DNA from: a virus
Lineage: Duplodnaviria; Caudoviricetes
Virus record (IMG/VR): IMGVR_UViG_3300029288_000129
Span: 1 to 64,000 of that record
DNA length: 64,000 nt
Strand: one strand, 5' to 3'
Part shown: positions 21,001 to 31,400 of the stretch, one piece after another
Numbering within the stretch: position 1 is the first letter of the stretch
Layout of the letters: each line of letters begins with the position of its first letter
The notes under the pieces: generated by a model
What the model saw: the letters and a program-made list of their open reading frames with translations, nothing else
Told to the model about the DNA's origin: nothing
The model's database searches: none
Made by a program: the position numbers and the translations under genes

Positions 21001-21824
21001 GGGAAAAGGATGAGGGGAAGCCCCGCAACCGACGCGGTAAATGCCGATGTCGCGGAAATAGCGGCTTGCACCTCCGCGTGGTTGGCCACAGAAACTCCTG
21101 CCGTATCGGTAGGAATCACCACATCCATGTACCAGACATCGGTGAGCCACGGATGCTGTTGTTCCGTAACCGTGACGGAACCGGCCGGTCCTATTTCGGT
21201 CCGAAACCTATAAAATCTTTTATTGCTTTGCGCCCCGTACAGAATCGCGCCGTCCTTTGCATTGATCGTCATGGTTGCAGAGAGCGGAAATACGCCGGAC
21301 GATATCGTGAGTTCAGATGCATCGCCTATTCTCACGATGGTGCCACCCACGACCTGTATCAGCCCGAGCCGTACCTTCGAGTTGGTGATGAGGGGCGAGA
21401 CCGCATACGACTCTATCTCTACGCTAAGGACCAGTTTCTTTCGCTTATACTGCGTGTCGCCACTGAACGGATGCGTGGCCTCCGTAGAGGTGTCGTTGGT
21501 CAGCGACGCGAGCAGGTTGACATTATACACATCATCGGCCAAGGCGGCGGTACTGTATGACTGAACACTTGTTTCTTCACAGCGGATCATCCGGCCAGTA
21601 TAGGCGACACCGGGCGCGATCTCAAGCGTGTCGGTCCCCGCGCCGCTCAACTCGAATCCGGAAACAATGCCGCCCTGCATCGTGTCGTGCCCCTCCAGAT
21701 CCAAGAGGGCATTGCCTGTGTCCGACATCTCATCAAGTATCAAATTCTCGTAGTCTTCGCGCAGAAACTCGAAGCCGTCATTTGCCTTGTTGCGTGGTCT
21801 GCGATCCGATGATATGAATGTCAT
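18093..21824 (-). CDS. Tail fibre / receptor-binding protein with C-terminal beta-helix-like region
   Basis: 1243 aa; N-terminal GGIVSGFELS...LEIAPGVAY baseplate-attachment-like motif; C-terminal Asn/Ser/Gly/Val-rich repeats. Confidence 0.7.
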   Translation of the reverse strand: MTFISSDRRPRNKANDGFEFLREDYENLILDEMSDTGNALLDLEGHDTMQGGIVSGFELSGAGTDTLEIAPGVAYTGRMIRCEETSVQSYSTAALADDVYNVNLLASLTNDTSTEATHPFSGDTQYKRKKLVLSVEIESYAVSPLITNSKVRLGLIQVVGGTIVRIGDASELTISSGVFPLSATMTINAKDGAILYGAQSNKRFYRFRTEIGPAGSVTVTEQQHPWLTDVWYMDVVIPTDTAGVSVANHAEVQAAISATSAFTASVAGLPLILFPHTGAIYLDEYQQMSGGDSHRQYYVARGGSVTVDSRDPARQEKFMPENDTMSNHVTRKGHEAMTDNNPHGTGIDDIPGLADSMADHQRREHNRDRCGIARGSASDWLDATAVVNQLQINVAANPLNRAIVDGEVVVAATGGPFTDTPGGAYNIYTAEVNMAKTGLLVLTKVATWVDNAPLNITINGTNDALLSVVAKSPGLTGTRQLVLTVTSGPLLYEASFDGGPTVDVTNVVANGYRLIADDGEWIDVYHEIEAFPLPDNVYSNNIVFVASDQNDTALTLATATWGDGHRWGHVVDKRRYGTFSAEHETYGQVADALDYGCRYSGDGLLNAAEDGLVPFEVDFRGQTYRVPATTLASIVGLANGHNLVAVRFDAARNYEVIRLGDETTLFTTWVKNTDVLLGDLFYAAGVPVAAQSVWFQQVGEKGFRGIHIKAGAFGTGWGIDDALNYMHTVCLDTTIAANTTFILELLTDLTSTVAAVSIGKLLIRGNGHSITGDTEITCNTALINDATFSTGFRFSQDNLAASVFSGDRTNVVGAYGDPFLDLSATTLSTVDFDQCAFNHSGNNAIVYANAVQSVVRIRNSTWLSTGNFSYLVLGAGVGSTQVQMMGNSIVSAGSVLNFSGKTATLLLSNNYWNHSAAVAPIYFSGAGVLASFSVRMYSNTCYWTSTHAAASVSMVDIAPGVGNLLLSLLVKGNEFRLAYDNATTYPSLFALSGALGSLDGGPGMYFSDNSYWVTAEGTSVTAAVDESFAVFRDSLPEAYEGPYECRGETIYFASNGTLAAVHTEGLTSSESAIIDGVTFLADDPSVSRGCRIVADSDMIAIRNINFPPVVHAGGTVSSVHRLDATGINVTVSDIQNVGTDSNESVQIIADDDDFMVDVSDVKGRRSHTAGDEPMILINGGAKDDGNVSVSACHCVDTADVLAYTALVANLGLRCVSFCIGCVQRGGNPAVAVGFDVTSNHHVA

Positions 21825-21833
21825 GGCGTACCT

Positions 21834-22442
21834 CTATGGATTTCTTGTCATTTCGTCGCTGTACCAATAACCCTCTACTGATCTCTTGTCCGCGCCGAGC
21901 CATATCAGCGGCTTTTCGAGTCCTTCCTGCTCACGCATATCCTTGGTCAGCCCCACTCTTTTGTCGCTTCCCACGAGGTCGCCGAGGAATTCGGTGGGAT
22001 ATTCCAGCATCATGTCGATGTCGCTCTGGTCCAGATCGATGTCAAGTTGCACCCGAAACTTCCCGTAGTGCTGGTACACCTCATAATCGTCGGGGCTCAT
22101 GTATCGATGCGGATAATGCATGTACTCCACCGAACCTTCATCGAAGAACTCGGGTTCCGGCGCACGATCCAGCGCAGGATATAGTTCCTGTTCGCTCCGG
22201 CGTATACCCTCTTCTCCGGGGCCGTACTCATCCATTGCTGCCTTGGTCACCACGGGCTGCCCCGCCGCTGGCATATCGATCATAAAGGAGGTGCCGCCCT
22301 GCATCGGCTTTACCGTCACTTTATTGGTCGCCGTGTCCACGGTCTCGACGGTGCCGTCCACATCCTGATCGCCGATCTTTACCTTGAGCCGGTCCCCTGA
22401 CTTATATGCGGGGCCCGTCGTCGGGGCTCCACTGGTCGGCAT
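21834..22442 (-). CDS. Modular protein (SH3-like N-terminus, TKAA linker, acidic C-terminus); true start uncertain
   Basis: YKSGDRLKVKIGDQDVDGTVETVD; frame stays open upstream (see finding at 22494). Confidence 0.7.
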   Translation of the reverse strand: MPTSGAPTTGPAYKSGDRLKVKIGDQDVDGTVETVDTATNKVTVKPMQGGTSFMIDMPAAGQPVVTKAAMDEYGPGEEGIRRSEQELYPALDRAPEPEFFDEGSVEYMHYPHRYMSPDDYEVYQHYGKFRVQLDIDLDQSDIDMMLEYPTEFLGDLVGSDKRVGLTKDMREQEGLEKPLIWLGADKRSVEGYWYSDEMTRNP

Positions 22443-22450
22443 AGTCGGTG

Positions 22451-25400
22451 TTATCGGCGCGGTCGGCGTAGTACCTCCCGCCTTGCCCGAAAAGGGGGTT
22501 TGGCATCGCCACCCTCCGTGGTTGCCTTGGCTCCGAACCGCCGGTGATACTCCTTCAGTTCGTCACGGGCCCGGTCGCTGAGGGCATCGACCGCTTCGGA
22601 CAAGTCCTTGTATTTGCCACGGGCGCGGTGCGCCTCGGGTGCATCTCCGTTGGTCTGAATCTTCATGGCGGGATTCGCCCCCTTGCTGACCCATACGGAC
22701 CAGTTCCCGTTGCGGTCATAGCCTACCTTGTGGACATAGTAGCCGTCCCCGATATCGATGGGGTTGGCGGCTCCCTTCGCGTTCATACTGGCATAGATAG
22801 CCTTCTGCTGTTCCCGCGCTTTCTCTTCGCTGTCATGGGTGCCCAGCACCTTGTCGTTGTCCTTGCGGTCCACGACTTCCCACTTGCCCTTGCTCTGGCG
22901 CACATCGATGCCACCGGGCTTCTTGGCGGCGGTCACATCAAACTCTCCGGCGGGTCGAATGATCTTTTCGCCTTTCAAGTCTCCATCAATCACCTCGAAC
23001 ACGGCCATCGGAATCGAATAGGTCTTGTCGTCAATATGCTCTATCCGCACCTTTCCGAACCGAGGATGCTCAACTTCCTCTCCGGCCTTAACCGCAGCGA
23101 CTCGCGCCGTCGCTTGCCGTAACGGAGTCTCTTCGTAGAGGTCCGCCATGAGTTCGCGCATCCGGTCCGCCTTTGCCTTGATCTCTTCGCTCATCTTCGC
23201 GTAGGTCTCGGGCGGCATATCCTTGATCGGATTCTTGGAGAACCAGTTCTGGATCTCGCGGAGTTCATCGAGGGCCACCGTGTTTTCGGCCCTCGCCTTC
23301 TGTCCCCGCATGGTGCCGAGGCTCGTTTCAAGGCCGGTGTGATCGGTAAAGATGCGGCGCAGGTCTTCGGCGTACACATCATCAACCACCGCGACATCCT
23401 TCACTTCCATCGTCGGCGCACCCTTCTGTGAAATGAAGCGCATCCGGTAGGTATCCTTGCCTTCGTCGTAGTACACGGCAAGCGCGTTGATGCCGTCCTT
23501 CGCCTTGGGAAACTTGACGGCAAGCATGTTCTCGGTCGTACTCTGGACATGCGCCCCGGTCATGGCAAGAAACTTGTTGCCGCCCAACTGTTGCAGTATC
23601 GTTTCGCCAACACCGGCACTCGCCGATCTGCGGGCACTCGGCGCAAAGTGCTTTTCCATCTTGGCGTTCTCTTCCTTGGCGAAAGCATCGAACGCTTCCC
23701 GCGCTATTTCCGCCCATTTCTGCCGAAGACCCGCCATGTCGCCGATATAACCGTATCGGTCATCCCACCGACCATCATTCGTTCTTCGCACGATATACTC
23801 GCGAGCCTCAACATAACGAGGGGTATCGGACTTCTCTGTCTTGTAGTTAAACCCTATACGGTACATGGTCGGAGTTACCTTCTCAATCTTCGGCTCAAAC
23901 GAGTCCTCAAGGATGCGCCCACCGAGCAGCGCATTGAGTTCGTTCTTCTTCTCGGACAACTGCTGCTTTATCTCTTCTTCGTTCGCGCCATCGTCAAACA
24001 TGCGCCGACGCAGATCGCGGATGTCTTTCCGTATCTCATCCTCGGTACGGGCGGCCCTTGCCCGCATTGCAGTTTTTCGCCCGCCGCTCGTATCGCGTAT
24101 CTTTTCCACGATCTCAAGACGACCATCCGCTTCGAGTTCAGCGATGTCGGACGGACGAAGCCCGCCGAGCCGATATGTCCCATCATTGAGACCGGACACA
24201 TCACCGACTCCAAACTCTTCCATGAGATACCATGCGTCATGGTTGCGAACATCGGAAAGGTCGGCCCCTTCTTTTACCTTGACGATCAGATCGTACCGGG
24301 ACAATGCTTCTGGGTCTGGCCGATAGGTTTCTCCCTCGGATATCTTCTTGTTGGCCAACAGGTCTTTGTAGTCCTGCACCCGCTTGATTATGAGCGGATT
24401 TGCGTTTCCGGCAGCCGTCTTGAGGTAATGCTCGTAGTTTTTTATGCCGTTCTTGAGCGACTTCTCGGCGACATACTTAAATGCTTGCTCGTCTTCCCAT
24501 GTCTCTCTTGCTTCGGGAGTATACGGCCAATGCTTGAAATACACCTTGCCGTTCTCGACCTTGGTGATGTATACCGGGTCGGGACTCGAAGACCCGCCAT
24601 AGGGTATCTTGAGGCCGGGGTAGATGTCTATAGTCCCCTTCATCTCGGTCATCCCATCGCTGATCGAGTAGTAGGGCGCAGCGGTAGCCGATCTGCGGGC
24701 GGTCGCTGCGGTCGGAGCGTTCTGTAGCGTGTCCTCTATGATCTCGATGAGAAAGTGATAGTTATAGTCGGAAAGAACTTCGAGGTCTGCTTTCGACACG
24801 CTTTTGATGCGGGGACGCATGTGTTTTACGATAGCATCTTTGTTCGCATCGAAATCTTTCTTTTCACGCCACCCCTTGCCGATCACGAAAGTGTCAAAAA
24901 GTTCCATGAGTCTGCATGCCCCCGGAGTTATGTCGGACCCGTCCTTGGTCCACGCTTTGCCCCTAAAAGGGCGGGTGCGTTCGCCACCTCTCTGTGCCGC
25001 CGTCGTCCCAAGGTTCCGCACGAAGTCTTTGATCTTGTGGTAGAACGCGCCGTTGGGTTCGCCTTTGCCGTAGTTGGCGGCCATCACCTTCCGGCCCGCC
25101 TCAACGGTAACCTTGAGCCCCGCGCACACCTTGGCGAAGTCCGCGTCGTCTATCCGCCGGTGCATCGAGGCATAGGCGCGGATCGCCTTCACGGCTCGTG
25201 GATTCATCGCCGCCGTCTGCTTTCGAGCCGCATCTATCCTGCCCTCTCTTATGGCCCGATCCCGTTCAGACTTGCTCATCGACGGGTAGGTGGAGCCGCC
25301 GGTGTCATCGCGGTCATCGTCATCGTCGTCGTCGGGTTCCATATCGAAGTTCTCTTTCTCCTCATCAGTCATCAGTTCGGGGCAGATCAGGAAAAGATCG

Positions 25401-26656
25401 CCTCCGCCCTCGCCATAAGTAAGCGTGTAGGTGTGCCCATCCAGAACGACCTCCGCACTTCTTTCCACATCATCCCATGCTTCCCAGTAAAATTCGTGAT
25501 CCGGCCCCGCCTCCAATATCTCCCAGTCCTCATCGGAAACACCCTTCACAAGGTCTCTCTCGATTGACTCGGCGAAGTATTGAGGAATGTAGATGCCACG
25601 GGCACCATCTGCGAACAGGATAACACCTTCGGGACTCTTGGCCACGACCTTCTTCGCATTGGTCAGTTTCTTCTCCACCAGTTTCCCGTCCACATCGGCG
25701 CGGCCCTTGGTCCCATCCTTGAGCGGGTCTTCGTCCTCCCCCTCGGCCTTGGGGGTGCTGCTGTCGGCTATCGGGCCTTCTTTGGATGCGGCGCTGGGCC
25801 GCTTCTTCTCTTTGCGAACCACGATGCCCGGATTGAAACCGTCATGGTTGACAAGGCTCTTCTTGATCTCCTCGGCATCCGTCATGTCGGCATCATAGAA
25901 GACCTTTTCTATCCACTTGCCGTTCAGGTAAACATCCCATCCGGTCTGCGGATGTCCGGCCGCTTTTGTCTTCGCCGCCGCAACCGCCGGTCTCTGCTCC
26001 TCCTCTTGGTCCGGAAGCATACCCGCGTCCATCTCTTCGGCCATCTCAAGGTTCTCGTCCGTAGGCGCGTCGCTCAACTCTTCCACCGAGTCGCCGAGTT
26101 CCTTCACGATATCCATGATCTGTTCCGCGCTGTCACGGATCAGTTCAACACTCGTCTTCGCGACCTCCACGGACTGTTCCGCCTCTTCTTGAGACACCGC
26201 GTCGTCCTCCTCTCCTTCCTCCGCCGCGCCTTCCTCTTGGGTCGGCAACATCTCTTCGTCGGGCGGCAACTCGATGCCCCGCTCCTCGGCCAGCAATTTC
26301 ATGGCACGCAGACTGAATCCGTCCATGTCCACATCGCCTAGGTCCGGCAACTGCCGTTTCGCCACGGCGGCAAAGTATCCCCGGCCCAACTCTTCGTTGA
26401 AGCGTCGTTCCGCTTCCACTGGGTCTTCTCCCGGCGTGTAGACACTGTGTTCCCCCTGTCCCCCCACCGCTTCCGCTTCGGCTCTCATCGCCTCGTCTCG
26501 CCGCCGCATCGCATCGGTGCCCATGCCGCCGCGTATCGGGGCTTCGTCTATGTCGCCAAGCACCGACTCGCGTGCCTCCTCGTCTTTCACGGTCATTGCA
26601 GTCGCGCCGATCCCGTTGATCCGTTCCTGCTCTTCTTTGGTCCAAGGATTAGGCAT
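22451..26656 (-). CDS. Large acidic multi-module protein, putative head-internal polyprotein
   Basis: 1401 aa of small domains separated by K/R-x-x-A(A) linkers. Confidence 0.65.
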   Translation of the reverse strand: MPNPWTKEEQERINGIGATAMTVKDEEARESVLGDIDEAPIRGGMGTDAMRRRDEAMRAEAEAVGGQGEHSVYTPGEDPVEAERRFNEELGRGYFAAVAKRQLPDLGDVDMDGFSLRAMKLLAEERGIELPPDEEMLPTQEEGAAEEGEEDDAVSQEEAEQSVEVAKTSVELIRDSAEQIMDIVKELGDSVEELSDAPTDENLEMAEEMDAGMLPDQEEEQRPAVAAAKTKAAGHPQTGWDVYLNGKWIEKVFYDADMTDAEEIKKSLVNHDGFNPGIVVRKEKKRPSAASKEGPIADSSTPKAEGEDEDPLKDGTKGRADVDGKLVEKKLTNAKKVVAKSPEGVILFADGARGIYIPQYFAESIERDLVKGVSDEDWEILEAGPDHEFYWEAWDDVERSAEVVLDGHTYTLTYGEGGGDLFLICPELMTDEEKENFDMEPDDDDDDDRDDTGGSTYPSMSKSERDRAIREGRIDAARKQTAAMNPRAVKAIRAYASMHRRIDDADFAKVCAGLKVTVEAGRKVMAANYGKGEPNGAFYHKIKDFVRNLGTTAAQRGGERTRPFRGKAWTKDGSDITPGACRLMELFDTFVIGKGWREKKDFDANKDAIVKHMRPRIKSVSKADLEVLSDYNYHFLIEIIEDTLQNAPTAATARRSATAAPYYSISDGMTEMKGTIDIYPGLKIPYGGSSSPDPVYITKVENGKVYFKHWPYTPEARETWEDEQAFKYVAEKSLKNGIKNYEHYLKTAAGNANPLIIKRVQDYKDLLANKKISEGETYRPDPEALSRYDLIVKVKEGADLSDVRNHDAWYLMEEFGVGDVSGLNDGTYRLGGLRPSDIAELEADGRLEIVEKIRDTSGGRKTAMRARAARTEDEIRKDIRDLRRRMFDDGANEEEIKQQLSEKKNELNALLGGRILEDSFEPKIEKVTPTMYRIGFNYKTEKSDTPRYVEAREYIVRRTNDGRWDDRYGYIGDMAGLRQKWAEIAREAFDAFAKEENAKMEKHFAPSARRSASAGVGETILQQLGGNKFLAMTGAHVQSTTENMLAVKFPKAKDGINALAVYYDEGKDTYRMRFISQKGAPTMEVKDVAVVDDVYAEDLRRIFTDHTGLETSLGTMRGQKARAENTVALDELREIQNWFSKNPIKDMPPETYAKMSEEIKAKADRMRELMADLYEETPLRQATARVAAVKAGEEVEHPRFGKVRIEHIDDKTYSIPMAVFEVIDGDLKGEKIIRPAGEFDVTAAKKPGGIDVRQSKGKWEVVDRKDNDKVLGTHDSEEKAREQQKAIYASMNAKGAANPIDIGDGYYVHKVGYDRNGNWSVWVSKGANPAMKIQTNGDAPEAHRARGKYKDLSEAVDALSDRARDELKEYHRRFGAKATTEGGDAKPPFRARREVLRRPRR

Positions 26657-26666
26657 GGTTCTCTCC

Positions 26667-27065
26667 CTACTCTATAGTTACGGTTTTGACACTCAGCAAT
26701 GCCGCATATACGATGCGCATCAACTCATACTCCATGCTTTGCCGTAGCAACGCAATAAAACTGTCCCGACCCCCCTTCCAGCCCCCGTTGATTCTCGTCA
26801 CCTCTTCGATCATTGGCACGGCTCGAACATCGTTGGTGACCCAATCCAGTATCTCGTGGTGGGTCCGCGCCGTAACCAGACTATGGGCCCGCGCCTCCAT
26901 GTCGCGTCGCCGCATCGTCACCGAGCCGTCGTCCCGGCCCACCGCGCCTTCCATGCCCGCGCCGATAATGTCCTGTACCGTCCCTCGTATAGTCTCGGTA
27001 AGGTTCGGCACCGAGGCTATGGCCGAGACACAGGCCGCGAGGCGTTCCACTTGCCGTTCGTTCAC
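26667..27065 (-). CDS. Hypothetical protein
   Basis: Coupled ORF in the operon. Confidence 0.65.
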   Translation of the reverse strand: MNERQVERLAACVSAIASVPNLTETIRGTVQDIIGAGMEGAVGRDDGSVTMRRRDMEARAHSLVTARTHHEILDWVTNDVRAVPMIEEVTRINGGWKGGRDSFIALLRQSMEYELMRIVYAALLSVKTVTIE

Positions 27066-27832
27066 AGTACGATTTCTCCGCTCAAGAATTTCCGATACGC
27101 GCCTTCCGCCAGTTCAAGAAGCATCCGGGTGTTCTGGTACTCCTGTGCCGTGACTATACCCAGACTTTGTTCCGAACCTAACTTTTCTTTCCGTGCCTTG
27201 ATATGGTCGAGACACGACTGAAAATAGAACCGGACCCCCGCCTGTATGTTGTATTCGGGCACATAGCGATACCGCATCGCCTGTAGGGTCTTTACCCTAT
27301 ACTCGTGCATCCACTGACGGAGCCCCGCGTGGTCCGGCAGATCAATGTCCTTGATCCGTCCGTGCCCATAGTCTTCCGCTATGTCGAGGAACCCTGCGGT
27401 GATCCGTTCGGGCCGTCCATCCGCGTTGGTGCCATGCGTACCCTCTATGCGTTCGATCAGAAACTCGCGGTCGTTCCAGTCGTTATAGACATGGACATCC
27501 TCTCCGACCCGTATCGTGTCTTCACTGCTTTCCCGGACCGGCACTACCTTTTCGACATCCTGCCCCAAGAAACGGGTGGTCACCACCTTCTTAAAGGTTA
27601 CATCGCCCTGCGGGGTCTCCACCGTTTCCCCCTCCATCTCGGCACAGTCGGTGTGGCCCAACTGCTCCTTCTCGACCCCGCTGGCCTCGATGACCCGAGG
27701 AGCCTGTATCTCATCGCTACCCTCTCTTTCCTCCCCCACCTCGACACGCGGACTCTCGGACTCCGTTGTCTCAACGGCGGGCTCCATGCGGGGGTCTTCC
27801 ACGACCTTTAGTTTCTTCTCTTTCTGCGCCAT
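27062..27832 (-). CDS. Acidic hypothetical protein
   Basis: GGAGG RBS; 256 aa. Confidence 0.7.
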   Translation of the reverse strand: MAQKEKKLKVVEDPRMEPAVETTESESPRVEVGEEREGSDEIQAPRVIEASGVEKEQLGHTDCAEMEGETVETPQGDVTFKKVVTTRFLGQDVEKVVPVRESSEDTIRVGEDVHVYNDWNDREFLIERIEGTHGTNADGRPERITAGFLDIAEDYGHGRIKDIDLPDHAGLRQWMHEYRVKTLQAMRYRYVPEYNIQAGVRFYFQSCLDHIKARKEKLGSEQSLGIVTAQEYQNTRMLLELAEGAYRKFLSGEIVL

Positions 27833-27841
27833 CTCTGCCTC

Positions 27842-28438
27842 CTACTCGTGTTGTGCCAACTCTATGACCCGCGCCATGTTCTGGCTCAGAGCCGCCCGCG
27901 CCTCATTGGCGTTGTGACTCAGCAGGTCGCGAAACACTTTCATCACCGATGCTTCGCTCACCTCGGGTTCGTTGGCGTTTACGGTATCGATCAGGTTGCC
28001 CCATATAATGGGATTCATCAGATTGTCGTTGGTGTTGATGCGCTGCGTGAGTTGCGCCGCCGTTACCTTCCGGGCCTCAGTCTTTGGCACCGGTGCAACG
28101 GGCTGTACCGCGTGGGTCTTCTCGTATAGAGCCACTGCGTCCCGCAACTTCGCGATGTCGAGGCTGCTCATCACCGCCGTCGATTTGGTCAACAGTTCGG
28201 CGGTGTAATCCACGATGCTCTGCACCTCGCGGGTCCGCGCATCAATATCGACATCCCAGAGTTTGGAAACTATTTCCAATTCGTCCTGTGACAGATCCCG
28301 CATCTGGTCCTCGGTCAGGTCGAGGAACTGGTCCGTATTCATGTCTATGCCCTCAAGGGGCTTCTTCTCCCCGATCAATGACTGGGCCGCCACATCAAAC
28401 ATGGGGTCGCCGGGTCCGTGGATCACGCGGTCTTTCAT
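27842..28438 (-). CDS. Hypothetical, possibly head-internal, protein
   Basis: Contains the RKVTAA linker motif. Confidence 0.65.
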   Translation of the reverse strand: MKDRVIHGPGDPMFDVAAQSLIGEKKPLEGIDMNTDQFLDLTEDQMRDLSQDELEIVSKLWDVDIDARTREVQSIVDYTAELLTKSTAVMSSLDIAKLRDAVALYEKTHAVQPVAPVPKTEARKVTAAQLTQRINTNDNLMNPIIWGNLIDTVNANEPEVSEASVMKVFRDLLSHNANEARAALSQNMARVIELAQHE

Positions 28439-28448
28439 CGCTTTCTCC

Positions 28449-31400
28449 CTACAGGTTATCCATCGTGTTTTTAAGAACCTTCAACTCGTCTTTGAGCCGG
28501 TGCGCCATCACATTGGCAAGACCCAAGGGGAGCCGCAGTTCCCGAACCTCTCGTTCCAATTCGGTGATTGATGCGCGTATCGCCTTCGGGTCCCGGCTCA
28601 TCGGCACAAGGCTTGCCGTGACCCAATTCTGAGTATGGGTCTCGTTATAGATTTGCCGCGCCTTTATGCCGATCCTATCCGCTATCGGCCGCATCACCGC
28701 ACCGACCGGCCCCGCATAGACGGACTTCACGGCCTGCGCCAGTGACAGCACTTTACGGGTCAGTGCTTCCACGCGGTCCCCATGACTCGTCTGTAATTCG
28801 GCTCGTGTGGCCATCCGCTTCATCTCCTGCCGTTTCTGTTTGAGGAGCCCCAAGTCTTTGACGAGGTTGCGCACCGACAATATCTTGTCTTCTTCCGTTT
28901 TCAGCAATGCCGTGGACTCCGCGAGTGCGCCTCGTACCTCATCGGCCTGCGCCTCGGTCAGCGCGATGAGCCGTCCGTCGTCGCTGAACCAGAAGTTGTC
29001 GCCGGTCCTATAGAACTCCGAGTCTCCATGCACCGCATAGGTCTCGTCGGTCATCGGTCCCTTGGACTTGGCCACGGCAGTCCATCCTTTCTTCATCAGT
29101 CTCCGCAGCCCTTCCTCATACTCCTTTCTATGTTCTTGTTCGGGTTGACTGTATTCTTCTGTGGCCATCATTCCTTTTGTCTTTTCGACATTCTCCATGT
29201 ATTGTTCAAATGAAAGCCCGTTCTTTTTTTCGTATTCCGCCTCTTCTTTACTCAAGGAAGCCTTGACGGACTTGGCGGTGGCCGCCATGTTCTTTTTCAG
29301 AAGGTCTTTGAACATCTTCACTTCGTTCTCCGAGCGGAGGCCGATATCGTATGTCTTCTCCGTGTCGTTGTCGCCCACCACTTCGTTGGCGGCAAAAGTG
29401 ACAACATAAGTGGGCTCTTCGGTCCCCTTCTGTTTCTTTATCTCGTACCCCTTGCCGATAAAAGTGACCTTGCCACGGATATTCTCCGGTAAGTCGTCTT
29501 TCTCGGTCCATGCCTTGATACGAGAGGCCGCGACATTGGCAGACTTGGCTTTGGCGGCAATCGGCTTCCCTATACCATGCTTCTCCATGAGCCGATCCAG
29601 TTCCTTCATCACATAGGCTTCGTCACCGTTCACGATGTTGCCACCACCCGCATCGTCGAGGAACCAAGTCAACTTGCCTCGGGTGCCGGGATACTGCTGG
29701 ATATACTCCTTCTCGATGCGAAACATGACCTTCCCGTCCGGCCCCTTGATCTCGGTGACTCGTTCGGCCCGAGCCCTTTGAGCCGTCACTTTCTCCATGT
29801 TGCTCAGTTGCTCCACGCGGCGACGCTCCGTATGTCCGTCCTCGAAACGCACCAGAGCCGTCTCCTTCCCGTTCTCGGGGCTACCGAGGACATAGACCTC
29901 GACCTCTTTGCCCACGCTGGTTCTTGCCCTGTATTTTGTCGCGCCCATTGTTTCGTTTAGGTTCCAATCGGTGTGGGCCGATGCGGTGGCCCGTTGCGCC
30001 TCGACCCGCTCCAACTCGTCGGCGGTGGCCCAACTCTCGGCTGCGGAATCGTCTATGCCCTCGCCTCTGACCTCATATACGGTTTCGATCTGATCCCAAT
30101 CGGTTCTCTTCGTGTCGGTATCAACTATTTCTCCCACCTTGCCTTCAAAGTATGTTCCGGGGAGAAACCGTACCGTATCGCCTACCCTAAGGAACTCCAC
30201 CTTCCTTGCCTCCGTCGATCTTGTCGCGTTGACATAGTACAGTTTCCTGCCCGCCTCTTTTGCGTTGGCGGCCTGCTCTTGCGCTCTCGCTATTTCCCAT
30301 TCTTCGGAAGGCACATACCAACCATAGATCGCCTCTTCGTTTCCTGTATTGGGGTTCTCCTCAATCTCATAGCCCCCCATCAAGAGCGTACCGTCTTCCG
30401 CCTGCCCAGTAAACGCCGGATTGGATGCCGCCATCATTGTTTCGGTAGGCGACATCTTGCGATACCGTTGCCCCGGCTTGAGTGACGCGGCCTTCTTGGC
30501 TCCTCTCGTCTTTGCCAGCATCGCCTTAGCCTGCGCCAGCCAGCCCTCGGCACTCTTCGCTCCGGTAGCCGACAGTTTCTTCCACAACCGCCGCGCCGCC
30601 GCAAAGTCGGGTTCCTTCCCCGTCTTATCGGCGATGCGTGCCGCGAGTTCGGCAATGCTGGTTTCACTGTTGTTCGGGTCCGCCGGATACATGATGATGT
30701 CTTCGTATTGTCCCCGCACCCAATCGTCGCTGAACCGGTCCTCGTCCAGCCTTATGGCCCTCACCGGTTTATCCATATCGATCTCGGCCCCCGGTATATT
30801 GTCCTCTATTGATTTGGTCAGCGCGTGCTCGACACCCCACAGCACATCCTCGGTGCCATACTCGCTGTTCACCGCGTATTCGTAGGTGGCGGTGCCCTGT
30901 ATCTTCACCGAGAAGTCACTCTCCACGGTCAGGCTCTCGCGATCCAACGATACGGATTCAAGCCGCATATACGCCTCGGCTCCCGCCGCATCGGTCTCTT
31001 CCTCATCGTAGCGGTAAAACCTCGTGTCGATCTGCCCCATGATATAGTCGGCAGCCCAGTCACGGAACTGGTCCTGCGCCAAGTAGCGACCCGCCACCGT
31101 CTGTGGGTCCACATTGCCTTCACAGATCAAAGTGAAGGTTGCGGTCGCTTTGGTCCCCGCCGCCGTCACTTTACGGGCCGTTGGGTTCAGGACCATCTCC
31201 CTTTTAGTCGGGTCAACCCACACCACGATGAACGCGGGCTGTCCCGGCACTTTTGAGTCGTCGATCTTATAGGCCACCCGTTCCCCGCCCTTGGTGAGCC
31301 ATCCCTGCCAGTCGGCTTCGAGCCCGTACCTTTTCATGTACTCGGCCATGGCCTGTCCATCGGCTCTCCACGGGATACGGTCGGTCTGTGCGTTATTGGC

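Noticed and set aside
20385-25567. Long plus-strand ORFs (e.g. 20385-21560, 23549-24727, 24755-25567)
   Set aside because: These are antisense shadows of strongly biased minus-strand genes, with no RBS or recognisable motifs.
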